A DNA stretch of 64,000 nucleotides from positions 448,001-512,000 of the forward strand of contig OZ250153.1 in NCBI GenBank assembly GCA_965237805.1, in the 5' to 3' direction. This DNA is from Gammaproteobacteria bacterium (GTDB taxonomy: Bacteria > Pseudomonadota > Gammaproteobacteria > JABABF01). The position numbers and the translations under genes are program-made. Shown here piece after piece: positions 10,635-20,949 of the stretch; the stretch's first letter is position 1, and each line of letters begins with the position of its first letter. The notes below the pieces were generated by a model that did not search any database, was not told where the DNA came from, and saw only the letters and a program-made list of their open reading frames with translations.

Positions 10635-11537
10635 CTAGCCGATGCGCCCGGTGATGTAGTCCTCGGTTCCGGGATGTTCCGGTGCCGTGAAAATCTTCTC
10701 AGTGGCATTGACTTCCAACAGCTGGCCGATGTGGAAATAGGCCGTGCGGTCGGAGACCCGGGAGGCTTGCTGCATGGAATGCGTGACAATGACAATGGTG
10801 TAATCCCGCTTGAGCTCACTGATCAAGGCCTCGATACGGGCGGTGGCGATGGGGTCGAGCGACGAACACGGCTCGTCCATCAGGATAACCTCAGGTTGAA
10901 TCGCAATGGTGCGGGCGATGCACAGACGTTGCTGCTGACCGCCAGACAAGCTGGTCGCCGGGTGTGCGAGCAGATCCTTGACTTCATCCCACAGACCCGC
11001 ACGACGCAAGCTGGTCTCGACCAGCGCATCCAGCTGCCCCGCATGCCCCGCCTTGCCGTGCAGCCGCAGACCGTAAGCAACATTGTCGTAGATCGATTTG
11101 GGAAAGGGATTGGGCTTTTGAAACACCATGCCGACCCGGGAGCGCAGCTCGACGACATCGAGCTGCGCGGCGTAGACATCTTCCCGATCCAGCTGCACCT
11201 CACCCCGCACAACGCAACTGGGGATGATGTCATTCATCCGGTTCAGACAACGCAGAAAAGTCGATTTGCCACAGCCGGAGGGACCGATGAGCGCCGTCAC
11301 TTGGCGGCAGCCGATGTCCAAGCTGACATCGCGCACCGCCACCAAATCACCATAACGCACAGTGAGGTTGCGGACGCTGAACTTAATCTCCTCGCTCGGC
11401 TCAAGCAAGGGCTTGCCGACCGCACTGGCGATGACTGGCGATGACTCCTGCCCGGGCTCTGCAACGACTCTCGCCATCTGCAAACCCTCATCGAGAGCCA
11501 CGGTGCCAGTGGCTCGGCTCTCCTGTGCTGTAGCCAT
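10635..11537 (-). CDS. pstB: Phosphate ABC transporter ATPase PstB
   Basis: [56 protein letters not shown]. Confidence 0.96.
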   Translation of the reverse strand: MATAQESRATGTVALDEGLQMARVVAEPGQESSPVIASAVGKPLLEPSEEIKFSVRNLTVRYGDLVAVRDVSLDIGCRQVTALIGPSGCGKSTFLRCLNRMNDIIPSCVVRGEVQLDREDVYAAQLDVVELRSRVGMVFQKPNPFPKSIYDNVAYGLRLHGKAGHAGQLDALVETSLRRAGLWDEVKDLLAHPATSLSGGQQQRLCIARTIAIQPEVILMDEPCSSLDPIATARIEALISELKRDYTIVIVTHSMQQASRVSDRTAYFHIGQLLEVNATEKIFTAPEHPGTEDYITGRIG

Positions 11538-11551
11538 AATAGCGCGACCCT

Positions 11552-12802
11552 CTACCAACGCTGCTCAAAACGTCGACGCAGTAGCACCGCACCGATATTC
11601 ATGACTCCAAGAAAAGAGAGTAGCACCAAAATCGCCGCCGAGCTCAATTCGATGAAGCCGCGCTCCGGGCTATCCGCCCACAGATAAATCTGCACCGGTA
11701 GCACTGCGGTCGGATCCATCAGCCCCGCGGGCGGGCTGACCACAAAGGCGACCATGCCGATCAACAAGAGCGGTGCCGTCTCGCCGAGCGCCTGAGCCAT
11801 GCCGATGATAGTGCCAGTCAGCATGCCGGGTAGCGCCAACGGCACCACATGATGGCCGACCACCTGCATGCGCGACGCACCGAGCGCCAATGCCGCTTCG
11901 CGCACCGAAGGCGGCACCGAACGGATCGCTGAACGGCTGGCGATGATAATCGTCGGCAGGGTCATCAGCGCCAACACAATGCCGCCGACCAGCGGCACTG
12001 AGCGCGGCAGACCGAAAAAATTGATCACCACCGCCAGCCCCAACAGCCCGAAGATAATCGACGGCACCGCCGCCAGATTGTTGATGTTGATCTCAAGCAG
12101 CGAAATCCAGCGGTTGCGGGGAGCGAACTCCTCGAAGTAAACCGCCGTCGCAATGCCGAGCGGGAAGGACAAAAAGAAGCACACTAACAGCGTGTAGAAA
12201 GAGCCGAGCAAAGCGCCGCGGATACCGGCAGAACTCGGCGTGCGGGAATCGCCAGCCGTGAAGAAAGTGTCGTTGAAGCGCAGCCGCACCAAGCCCTCAT
12301 CAGCCAGCTGATCTAAGGCTGGCAACAGCGCGGCGTACAGCTCGAGCTCGACCGCGCCGAGCCCAACATCCAAATAACGCTCGGCCCAGCCAGCGAGCGG
12401 CAGCTCCACCGATGCTTGCTCTCCGAGCAGCTCCGGATCGGCCTGCAAGCGCTGGTAGAGCAGGTAGTCAGCGTCTTCGCTGAACAGCTGCCCCAAGCCT
12501 ACGCCGGGCAGGGAGCGTGCCAAAGATGCTGCCAATAAGGCTGGGAAATCGGCGAATTCCAGTTCCTCCGCCAACTGTTCGCCACCCTCCTCCCAATACT
12601 CCAAGCCCAGCGTGCCCGGGTCGAAGTAGACGCTGAGCGCGACGCGCTGCTCGACAAAGCCGCCGATGCCACGACGGGCGATATCGAACAACAACAGCGC
12701 GACACAGCCCAGCGCGAATACCACCGCCGCCATGCTCGCCCAGCGCAATAGGCGGGCGCGGCGATGGCGGCGGGGCAAGCTGGCACGGCAAGAATCAGTC
12801 AT
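11552..12802 (-). CDS. pstA: Phosphate ABC transporter permease PstA
   Basis: [39 protein letters not shown]. Confidence 0.93.
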   Translation of the reverse strand: MTDSCRASLPRRHRRARLLRWASMAAVVFALGCVALLLFDIARRGIGGFVEQRVALSVYFDPGTLGLEYWEEGGEQLAEELEFADFPALLAASLARSLPGVGLGQLFSEDADYLLYQRLQADPELLGEQASVELPLAGWAERYLDVGLGAVELELYAALLPALDQLADEGLVRLRFNDTFFTAGDSRTPSSAGIRGALLGSFYTLLVCFFLSFPLGIATAVYFEEFAPRNRWISLLEININNLAAVPSIIFGLLGLAVVINFFGLPRSVPLVGGIVLALMTLPTIIIASRSAIRSVPPSVREAALALGASRMQVVGHHVVPLALPGMLTGTIIGMAQALGETAPLLLIGMVAFVVSPPAGLMDPTAVLPVQIYLWADSPERGFIELSSAAILVLLSFLGVMNIGAVLLRRRFEQRW

Positions 12803-14162
12803 AGGCTTCATGGTAGCGACGCACGACCAGCAGAGCGGCAATATTGAGCGCCAAGGTCGTGACAAACAGTGTTAACCCAAGGGCGAAAGCGGCCAGCGTC
12901 TTGGGGTTGTCGAATGCTTGGTCGCCGAGCAACAGCGTGACAATCTGCACCGTCACCGTGGTCATCGCATCCAGCGGATTGGCGCTCAATTTAGCCGCCA
13001 AGCCAGCAGCCATCACCACGATCATCGTCTCGCCAATAGCACGTGAGATGGCGAGCAAGCCACCGCCGATGATGCCGGGTAGGGCCGCTGGCAACACCAC
13101 TTGGGTAATCATCTCAGCTCGGGTCGCCCCCAGCGCCAGCGCCCCCTCGCGCAGGGCATTGGGCACCGCACGGATGACATCGTCGGACAACGACAACACA
13201 AAGGGCATGATCATGATGCCCATGACCAGACCGGCCGCCAGCGCATTTTCTGAGGCCACCGCTAAACCCAGTGCCCCACCCAGCTCTTTGACCAACGGTG
13301 CCACGCTCAGCGCGGCGATGAAGCCGTAGACCACAGTCGGGATGCCAACCAAAACCTCGATCAGCGGCTTGAGTGTGTTACGTGCCCGCGGCGAGGCGTA
13401 TTCCGACATGTGGATCGCCCCCAGCAAGCCAGCGGGCAGCGCCACGGTCATAGCGACCGCCGACACCACCAAGGTGCCGAGGAACAGCGGTACCACGCCA
13501 AAGGCACCGGAGGAACCCTGCTGATCGTCGCGCATCGCGAGCTGTGGGCTCCACTGCAGACCGAATAGAAAATCCAGCGGCGACACGGCGGCGAAGAAGC
13601 GCAGGCTTTCGAACAACACCGACAAGACAATGCCGACCGTTGCCAAAACCGCCACCGTGGTAGAAGCCAGCAGGCAACCATAGGCAAAGCGTTCGAGCTG
13701 GTGTCGGGCGCGCACGACTGGGGCCACTTTCAGCCAAGCAATGGCACCACTAGCGATAGCAATGGCAATGGCCAACGCCGTGCTCCAGCTGTCGAGCCGT
13801 GCGCCGTGGGCGGCGTAGCGCTGCGCGGCCTCCAACACCAGCGCATCATCATGGTGACCACCAGCGGCCACCGTCTGTAACAGTTGCAATATCCAGCGCG
13901 GATCGCCATTGCCCAGATGGACGAGGCGGCGCAAGTCCTCGGCCAAGTGCCACAGCAACAGCCTTTCGTGACTGAGCGATGCCATCGCATAAACTGCCAG
14001 CGCTGGCAGCAGGCACCAGAGCGCCGCACAGATCGCATAGTGCCCCGGCAGGGCACTGAGCCGGTCGATGCCGCCCAGCGCCACCGCTTGCCGCCTGGCA
14101 CGGCGGTTGGCAAACAGCGCACAAGCGGCGGCGGCCACGAGCAACAGCAACAGCGTGTTCAT
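12795..14162 (-). CDS. pstC: Phosphate ABC transporter permease PstC
   Basis: KPLIEVLVGIPTVVYG, REGALALGAT, SRAIGETMIV. Confidence 0.93.
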   Translation of the reverse strand: MNTLLLLLVAAAACALFANRRARRQAVALGGIDRLSALPGHYAICAALWCLLPALAVYAMASLSHERLLLWHLAEDLRRLVHLGNGDPRWILQLLQTVAAGGHHDDALVLEAAQRYAAHGARLDSWSTALAIAIAIASGAIAWLKVAPVVRARHQLERFAYGCLLASTTVAVLATVGIVLSVLFESLRFFAAVSPLDFLFGLQWSPQLAMRDDQQGSSGAFGVVPLFLGTLVVSAVAMTVALPAGLLGAIHMSEYASPRARNTLKPLIEVLVGIPTVVYGFIAALSVAPLVKELGGALGLAVASENALAAGLVMGIMIMPFVLSLSDDVIRAVPNALREGALALGATRAEMITQVVLPAALPGIIGGGLLAISRAIGETMIVVMAAGLAAKLSANPLDAMTTVTVQIVTLLLGDQAFDNPKTLAAFALGLTLFVTTLALNIAALLVVRRYHEAYD

Positions 14163-14229
14163 CGGGCGATAGTCCCTGCTGTGCAGCGCATGACGGGCGA
14201 CGCGCGACCCTTGACTCGGGGCTCGGAGC

Positions 14230-15309
14230 TCAGAGCTTGAGCGAGGGCCAAGATTGCACCGGACCGCGGCGATCCTGTTGGATGGCGGCGCGCTCTTCGG
14301 TGCCCAGTGGGATGAGACCCCGGCTCAGCAAATAGCCGCAAGATCCCACGGCACGTTTGCTGGTGAACTCGCGCACGAAGCGGTCGATGCCGGGAATGAT
14401 GCCGATATGCGCTTTTTTGACATAGAAATACAGCGGCCTAGATAGCGGGTAGACACCATCGCCAATATTTGCAAAGCTCGGTGCCGTGCCAGCGATCTCG
14501 GCACCGCGCACGCGATCTAAGTTCTCTTTGAGAAAGCTGAAGCCGAAAATGCCAAACACCGCCGGATCGGCCACCAGTTTCTGCACGATCAAATTGTCGT
14601 TTTCGCCAGCCTCGATATAGGCACCGTCCTCACGAATCGCACGGCAAATGCTCCGATAGCGCCGCTTGTTTTTTGTTTGGAGCGCCTTGATCCAATCGAA
14701 GCTTGCACAACCACCCTCCAACGCCAACTCGACAAAGGCATCACGGGTGCCAGAGGTGGGTGGCGGCCCGAAAACACGGATCAGCCGATCGGGTAGCGAT
14801 GGATCGATGTCACTCCATTTGCGGTAGGGATTGGACACCAAGGCTTTGCGGCCATCTGTGGCAGGCACCCTGCGAGCCAAGGCCAGATAGAGTTGACGAA
14901 GAGAAAATGCCGCCACGGGTGCCTCGCGCGAAGAGGCGAAGACGAGGCCGTCATAGCCGACCTTCACTTCGAGGATATCGCTGACACCATATTTCAGGCA
15001 ACGTCTATATTCGCTCGGTGTGATGCGTCTAGAACTGTTGCTGATGTCCGGCGTGCTCGGTCCCAGCCCCGAGCAGAACAACTTCAGACCGCCACCGGAT
15101 CCGGTCGACTCGACGATGGGCGCAGAATATTTGGCAGAACGTCCAAAGCGCTCGGCCACCACGGTGACGAAAGGATAGACCGTCGACGAGCCGACGATCT
15201 GAATCGTGTCCCGCGTTGCGGCCACAGCGCTGAGCCCGAGCAAAGGCAAGGCCAAAGCCACGGCCCAACTGTGCCTCAGCCAGTGGTTGGAGCTGGTGTT
15301 GTCGATCAT
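14230..15309 (-). CDS. pstS: Phosphate-binding periplasmic protein PstS
   Basis: Signal peptide; IVGSSTVYPF, STGSGGG, GPPPTSGTRDAF, YPLSRPLYFYVK. Confidence 0.93.
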   Translation of the reverse strand: MIDNTSSNHWLRHSWAVALALPLLGLSAVAATRDTIQIVGSSTVYPFVTVVAERFGRSAKYSAPIVESTGSGGGLKLFCSGLGPSTPDISNSSRRITPSEYRRCLKYGVSDILEVKVGYDGLVFASSREAPVAAFSLRQLYLALARRVPATDGRKALVSNPYRKWSDIDPSLPDRLIRVFGPPPTSGTRDAFVELALEGGCASFDWIKALQTKNKRRYRSICRAIREDGAYIEAGENDNLIVQKLVADPAVFGIFGFSFLKENLDRVRGAEIAGTAPSFANIGDGVYPLSRPLYFYVKKAHIGIIPGIDRFVREFTSKRAVGSCGYLLSRGLIPLGTEERAAIQQDRRGPVQSWPSLKL

Positions 15310-15393
15310 GATCCGGCACCCCCAAAAGCGCCCAACTGGCTCGCGACAGACCCCAATATAGCGTAGCGGTGCCACCTTTGTGTTACAAGGCAT

Positions 15394-16653
15394 TCACACA
15401 AGGTCTCGCCGACTGCGCGACGGCGGAAACAAGCAGCGGAATACCGCACCCTGCCCAGCTTCACCCTCAATGCGCAGCTCGGCATGGTGACGCTCCAAAA
15501 TGTGGTGCACAATGGCGAGTCCAAGGCCAGTGCCACTACGCGCATCATCGGGAATGCGGTAAAAACGCTCCGTGAGCCGCGGGCGTTGCGACAAAGCAAT
15601 GCCCGGCCCTTGGTCGCTGACCGACAACACGACACGATCCCGTTGCCAGCACGCATCGAGGCGCACGACGCCGCTGTCTGGGCTGTAACGCAAAGCATTG
15701 CTGAGCAAATTGTCCAACGCTGTGCGCAATTCAGCACCGTCACCCAACAGACACAGCTCCTGCGCACTGTCCACCTGCAACTGTATGCCGCGCTCCGAGG
15801 CGTGGCTGTCGGCCACCGTGCCGAGTAGCGCCGCCACCGCCACCGGCTCTTCGGGTGCCTGCGCTGCATCGCTTTCGATCCTCGCCAAATCCAGCAGCTG
15901 ATCGATCATCGCCGACATGCGCTCGGCCTGCTGACGCATATCGCGCAGCGCCTGCCCCCGCCCCGCTGGCAAGCTTGCGCTCTCCTCCTCCAGCAGCTCC
16001 AAGTAGCCAATCAGCACGGTTAGCGGCGTGCGCAACTCGTGTGAAACATTGGCCGTGAAATCACTCCGCAATTGTTGCAGGCGGTGCAGCTCGGTGATAT
16101 CGCGCACCAACAGCAAGCCGCCACCGACCCGCCGACGACGCACCAGCTGCAGCTGCAACCAGCGACTGCGGTCGCGCGGGGACTGCAGCTCGATCGCCTC
16201 AACACCCTCTGTCGCCGCCAAATAGCGCACCAGCTGGGGGGTGCGTACCAAACTGGTCAAAAGGCACCCCCGATCCGCCACCCGCAAGCCGAGCAGCTCT
16301 TCGCCCACCCGATTACAGCTGAGGATGTGCATACGCGGATCGAGCCACACAACGCCATCCCGCAGGTGGTAGAGGTTCTCGACCCACGCCTCTGCTACTG
16401 GCGCAGACGAGGCCTCACGACCAGCACCGGCACCGCGCCGTACCAAGATGCCTAAACGCTGCCAATGCCCTAGGAGCGACAGCCTGCGCGGCTGCTCGCC
16501 GCCGACTTGTCGGTGCAACCATCCCAGCTGCCAAGTGACCCAAGCTGCCCACGTGGCCAAGCCCCCGACGAGCCCGCCCAGCAGCTGGCCTGAGCCCAAG
16601 CCCAAAGTGCCCCCGACAGCGCAGAAAAATAGCAATTCACCCAGCGGGATCAT
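15394..16653 (-). CDS. phoR: Sensor histidine kinase PhoR
   Basis: N-terminal TM segments, PAS-like region, DFTANVSHELRTPLTVL H-box, NLLSNALRY, GTGLGLAIV; between phoB and pstS. Confidence 0.9.
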   Translation of the reverse strand: MIPLGELLFFCAVGGTLGLGSGQLLGGLVGGLATWAAWVTWQLGWLHRQVGGEQPRRLSLLGHWQRLGILVRRGAGAGREASSAPVAEAWVENLYHLRDGVVWLDPRMHILSCNRVGEELLGLRVADRGCLLTSLVRTPQLVRYLAATEGVEAIELQSPRDRSRWLQLQLVRRRRVGGGLLLVRDITELHRLQQLRSDFTANVSHELRTPLTVLIGYLELLEEESASLPAGRGQALRDMRQQAERMSAMIDQLLDLARIESDAAQAPEEPVAVAALLGTVADSHASERGIQLQVDSAQELCLLGDGAELRTALDNLLSNALRYSPDSGVVRLDACWQRDRVVLSVSDQGPGIALSQRPRLTERFYRIPDDARSGTGLGLAIVHHILERHHAELRIEGEAGQGAVFRCLFPPSRSRRDLV

Positions 16654-17401
16654 CGGCCTCAGCCACTGTGTCGAGCTGTAACTGGTAGCCAACTCCACGG
16701 TGCGTGGCAATGCTGCTCGCACCAGCACCCAAGCCTTGCAAGGCGCGTCGCAGGCGGCTGATGTGCACATCCACGGCACGGTCGCCGCCAACCACCAGAC
16801 GCAGTCCCAGTTGTGCGCCAAGCTCGGCGCGGGAAAACACCTGCCCCGGTGCCGAGGCCAGCAGCTGGAGCAGGCGAAACTCCACCGATCGCAACGACAC
16901 CGAACGCCCATCGGCACGCAGCTCATGGCATCCCGGATCGAGCTGTAACTCGAGGCCGTCGAGGCGCAATGTCACAGTGGGCGCAGATGGGGCGGCATCG
17001 CTGGCCGGGCAAGCGCGGCGCAACACCGCTCGAATGCGTGCGCGCAGCTCCCGCGAACGGAACGGTTTCACCATGTAGTCATCGGCACCGCTGTCGAGGG
17101 CAAGCACCCGATCGTTCTCTTCGCCACGTGCGGAGAGCAAGATCACCGGCAAGCTGGCGCAGCGGGAATCCGCACGCAACCATTGCAGCAGACCGATGCC
17201 GCTAGCACCGCTGCCCAGCATCCAATCGAGCAACACCACATCCGGTAGCGCACCAACCAGCTGGCGGCGGGCGGCGGCGGCATCCACCGCCTCGCTGCAC
17301 GCGTAACCGTCACTCGCCAACACTGTACACACCATGCGCCGCACCGCCGCATCGTCCTCGACAACCAGCACCCGCGCCGCCGCAGATCCGATCGCGTTCA
17401 T
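16637..17401 (-). CDS. phoB: Response regulator PhoB (OmpR family)
   Basis: VLVVEDD, LLDWMLG, ARGEENDRVLALDSGADDYMVKPF, DRAVDVHISRLR. Confidence 0.88.
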   Translation of the reverse strand: MNAIGSAAARVLVVEDDAAVRRMVCTVLASDGYACSEAVDAAAARRQLVGALPDVVLLDWMLGSGASGIGLLQWLRADSRCASLPVILLSARGEENDRVLALDSGADDYMVKPFRSRELRARIRAVLRRACPASDAAPSAPTVTLRLDGLELQLDPGCHELRADGRSVSLRSVEFRLLQLLASAPGQVFSRAELGAQLGLRLVVGGDRAVDVHISRLRRALQGLGAGASSIATHRGVGYQLQLDTVAEADDPAG

Positions 17402-18474
17402 CAGCCCTGCGCAGTGCCATCCTGCACGGCGCGAGCGGCGGCAGCCACCTCTGCCACCAGCGCCGGGCCGCGATAAATCAAGCCGGTGTAGAGTTGCACC
17501 AAGCAGGCTCCCGCACGCAGACGATCGGCCGCCGCCGCCGCATCGCAGATACCGCCCGAGGCGATCAGCGCGAGCTCATCGCCCAGCTCCTCCGCCAGTA
17601 GCTCGGTAGCGCGCAGCGCCAATGCGGCCAAGGGTCTGCCGCTGAGCCCACCTGCTTTGGCAGCGGCGGGCAGATGGCGCAGCTGCGCCGGCCGGCTGCT
17701 GGTCGTATTACAGGCGATGACACCGTCTATACCGCACGCTTTGAGCAGCTGGGCGAATTCCCGCAAGCGCCCGGCATCCAAATCCGGGGATAATTTGACC
17801 ACCAGCGGCACGCGCTTGCCACTCGCCACCGCCAGCCGGTCACGCTCACCGCAGAGCTGCTCTAACAACGGCGCCATCGACTCTTCACCGCTGCGTAGCC
17901 CGCTCAGTGCCGCAGTGTTTGGCGATGAGAGGTTGACCGTCACATAGGATGCCACCGGGTGCACGCGGCGGTACAGCTCGAGCTGATCGACGATGAAGTG
18001 ATCTGCCAACACATTTTGGTTGAGACCGATGTTGATGCCGAGCGGCACCGCCATAGGGGGACGCTCGGCCAAGCGCTGGCAGACCCGCTCCACGCCTTGG
18101 CTGTTGCAACCCATGCGATTGACCAAAGCCTCGGCCTCGGGTAGCCGGTGCAAGCGTGGCTTGGCGTGACCGGGTTGGGGACGCAGTGTCACCGTGCCGA
18201 CTTCGAGCCAGCCAAAACCCAGCGCGGCGAGCGCATCGACATAGCGCGCATCTTTGTCCAAGCCCGCCGCGAGGCCAACCGGATTGGGGAAGCGCAACCC
18301 CATCGCCATCACCGGTGGAGCGGCTGGAGGAGGCGGGAACAAACGGCGGGACAGTCCGAGGCGGTGGGCACCCGTCAAGCCCGCCAATGCGACGCGGTGG
18401 CTAGCTTCTGGCGGCAGTAAAAACAACGCTTGCCGCAATGCCCAGTAGAGCAGGTCGGGAGACGACGCAGCCAA
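17401..18474 (-). CDS. pyrD: Quinone-dependent dihydroorotate dehydrogenase (class 2); TTG start estimated
   Basis: FPNPVGLAAGLDK, EVGTVT, NRMG, VNLSSPNT, VKLSPDL, GGLSG, VQLYTGLIYRGP. Confidence 0.95.
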   Translation of the reverse strand: MAASSPDLLYWALRQALFLLPPEASHRVALAGLTGAHRLGLSRRLFPPPPAAPPVMAMGLRFPNPVGLAAGLDKDARYVDALAALGFGWLEVGTVTLRPQPGHAKPRLHRLPEAEALVNRMGCNSQGVERVCQRLAERPPMAVPLGINIGLNQNVLADHFIVDQLELYRRVHPVASYVTVNLSSPNTAALSGLRSGEESMAPLLEQLCGERDRLAVASGKRVPLVVKLSPDLDAGRLREFAQLLKACGIDGVIACNTTSSRPAQLRHLPAAAKAGGLSGRPLAALALRATELLAEELGDELALIASGGICDAAAAADRLRAGACLVQLYTGLIYRGPALVAEVAAAARAVQDGTAQG

Positions 18475-18530
18475 TTGCTTTCGCCTAAGTTTTATAATGA
18501 GCAGCTGTTGAAGACATTGTAATCCATGGC

Positions 18531-19505
18531 ATGTACAGCACCCCCCGCGACGCAATCACAGCACTGAAATCTTGGATGAACACGCACATCCTCGGACAAG
18601 AAGCATTGGTCGACCGGTTGCTGGTCGCCTTGCTGGCCGACGGCCACCTGTTGCTGGAAGGCCCACCGGGGCTAGCCAAAACCCGCGCCGTGCGTATTCT
18701 GGCCGAGGGCATCGACGGCAGCTTCTGCCGCATCCAGTTCACCCCCGACCTGTTGCCCGGAGATATCACCGGCACCGATATCTTCGTGCCCACCGAGAGT
18801 GATTTTCGCTTCCAAAAAGGTCCCCTCTTCCACAATTTGGTGTTGGCCGACGAGATCAACCGGGCACCGGCCAAGGTGCAGGCGGCACTGCTCGAAGCTA
18901 TGGCCGAGCGCCAAATCAGCATCGGCGGCACAACCCGCCAGTTGCCGCAGCTGTTTTTGGTGATGGCAACCCAGAACCCGATCGAGCAAGAGGGCACCTA
19001 CCCCTTGCCAGAAGCACAGCTCGACCGCTTTCTGATGCATGTGCAAATAGGCTACCCGAGCATCGCAGCCGAGCGAAATATCTTGGAGTTGGTGCGCACC
19101 GAGGACGCCGAGGGTGCGAGCACTGCGACCACGCCCAACCCAGCCGTCTCCCAACAGAGTTTGTTCGCGGCTCGCGCCGAGGTGTTGGCTCTGCATCAGG
19201 CCGATGCGGTCTCGGAGTACATCGTGCAATTGGTCGCCTCCACCCGTGCGCCAGAACGCTGGGTGGAGGAGTTGAGCGGCAGCGTGCGCTGCGGTGCCAG
19301 CCCGCGGGCCAGCATTGCGCTCGAGCGATGCGCCCGAGCGATGGCCTGGCTCGATGGACGTGACTTCGTCAGCCCGGACGATATCCAACTGGTGGCCCAT
19401 GATGTGCTGCGCCACCGGTTGCTGCTGAGTTTTGAGGCCGAAGCCAAGGGTCTGGATGCCGACCAGCTAATCGCCTCGCTGCTGCTTCAGGTGCCGGTTT
19501 CTTGA
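18531..19505 (+). CDS. moxR: MoxR family AAA+ ATPase
   Basis: GHLLLEGPPGLAKT, RIQFTPDLLPGDITG, LADEINRAPAKVQAALLEAMAE, NPIEQEGTYPLPEAQLDRF. Confidence 0.95.
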   Translation: MYSTPRDAITALKSWMNTHILGQEALVDRLLVALLADGHLLLEGPPGLAKTRAVRILAEGIDGSFCRIQFTPDLLPGDITGTDIFVPTESDFRFQKGPLFHNLVLADEINRAPAKVQAALLEAMAERQISIGGTTRQLPQLFLVMATQNPIEQEGTYPLPEAQLDRFLMHVQIGYPSIAAERNILELVRTEDAEGASTATTPNPAVSQQSLFAARAEVLALHQADAVSEYIVQLVASTRAPERWVEELSGSVRCGASPRASIALERCARAMAWLDGRDFVSPDDIQLVAHDVLRHRLLLSFEAEAKGLDADQLIASLLLQVPVS

Positions 19506-20440
19506 TCGGTGCCGACACCGCACCGCACGGGACGCATGCGGTGCTGGAACAGCTGATCTCATTGCGCGCCGTGGCCGGGCGCTTGCCACCACAAAGCTTG
19601 GTGGCTGCCGGGCGCCGAAGCGGACCACAACACGCGCGCCGCCACGGACGCGGCATCGATTTCGAGGAAGTGCGCGCCTATCAACCGGGAGACGATGTGC
19701 GTGCCATCGACTGGCGTGTGACGGCGCGCAGCACCGTAGCCCATGTCAAAGTTTTCCGCGAGGATAGGGAGCAACCGCTGATGCTGTTGGTGGACCAAGA
19801 CCCAACCATGTTCTTCGGTAGCCGCTACTGCTATAAGTCCGTGCAGGCCGCCCATGTGGCCGCGCTGTTGGCTTGGGCCGCCCTGCGCCAAGGGCACCCC
19901 ATCGGCGGCATCAGCTACAGCGGAGAGGACTGGTATGCCGCAGCGCCGCGACGCGATAACCGCACCGCATTGCGCCTGCTACATCGGGTGGTGCAGTTCA
20001 ACCAAGCACTGGATGCCCGCCGCCACGCCGCGGCGTATCTGGGTGATGCCCTGACCCGCTTGGGGCGCATCGCCCCGGCGGGGAGTTTGATCTGGCTGAT
20101 CAGCGACTTCAATACGGTCTCGGTAGCAGCGCTCGGCCAGCTGAGCAAACTGTTGCAGCGCCACGATGTCGTGGTAGCGCGCATCAGCGATGTCCTCGAA
20201 CGCGAACTGGGACTCAGCGGCACTTTCAGTTTCAGCGACAGTCACGGCAATCTCAGCCTCTCACTTGGGCGGCGCAGCCAACGCGAATACCGCGAACAGC
20301 GGGCAGTGCGCGAACGCGCCCTCCTCGACGTACTCGCCGCCAGCGCCACGCCGCTGATCGAGATAGACACCGCCGATGGGCCATTGGCGGCGCTGCTCAG
20401 GCAACGCGTGCCAACCGCGTCAGGCGTGGTCGCCCGGTGA
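19502..20440 (+). CDS. DUF58 domain protein
   Basis: GRGIDFEEVRAYQPGDDVRAIDWRVTAR; ISDF; follows moxR. Confidence 0.92.
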   Translation: MIGADTAPHGTHAVLEQLISLRAVAGRLPPQSLVAAGRRSGPQHARRHGRGIDFEEVRAYQPGDDVRAIDWRVTARSTVAHVKVFREDREQPLMLLVDQDPTMFFGSRYCYKSVQAAHVAALLAWAALRQGHPIGGISYSGEDWYAAAPRRDNRTALRLLHRVVQFNQALDARRHAAAYLGDALTRLGRIAPAGSLIWLISDFNTVSVAALGQLSKLLQRHDVVVARISDVLERELGLSGTFSFSDSHGNLSLSLGRRSQREYREQRAVRERALLDVLAASATPLIEIDTADGPLAALLRQRVPTASGVVAR

Positions 20441-20949
20441 ACAATCCGCTGGCGGCACTGCGTGGCATCCATGAGCCCACCACTGTGCCGTGGTGGCCAC
20501 CCGGCCCCGGCTGGTGGTTGACTGCGCTACTGTTGGCACTGGCGGCGGCGCTACTCTGGTGGTGGCGACAACAACGACCACTACACACTTGGCTACAGGC
20601 GCGCCACGCGCTGCTCCAGCTGGAATTGCTGCGCACGGACTATCTGGATTTTCAACGGGATGCGAAATATTTGCGCGGCATCAACGCCATATTGCGCCGC
20701 CTCGCTCTGTGCCACCACCCTCAGGCGCTGGTGGCACCGCTCAGCGGCAGCCAATGGCTGGCCTTTCTCGATCGGCAGGCAGCAGCTGGGGAGGACTTTA
20801 GCCGGGGTTGCGGCACCGTGTTGGGACACCCTAGCTATGCTGCCACTCCCGCGATCACCGATGCCGAGCAACTGCACCGGCTGGCCTGCGACTGGGCGCG
20901 TCGGCAAGGCAACCCCATCCGCCTGCCAACGCGGGAAATACCAGCGTGA
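20437..20949 (+). CDS. DUF4381 membrane protein
   Basis: LRGIHEP...WWPPGPGWW, LSGSQWLAFLD; canonical position in moxR operon. Confidence 0.85.
   Translation: MNNPLAALRGIHEPTTVPWWPPGPGWWLTALLLALAAALLWWWRQQRPLHTWLQARHALLQLELLRTDYLDFQRDAKYLRGINAILRRLALCHHPQALVAPLSGSQWLAFLDRQAAAGEDFSRGCGTVLGHPSYAATPAITDAEQLHRLACDWARRQGNPIRLPTREIPA

Noticed and set aside
15355-15392. Possible Pho box upstream of pstS (minus strand TTGTAACACAAAGGTGGCAC, then TATATT)
   Set aside because: Half-sites match CTGTCAT poorly and spacing is off; needs a PWM scan
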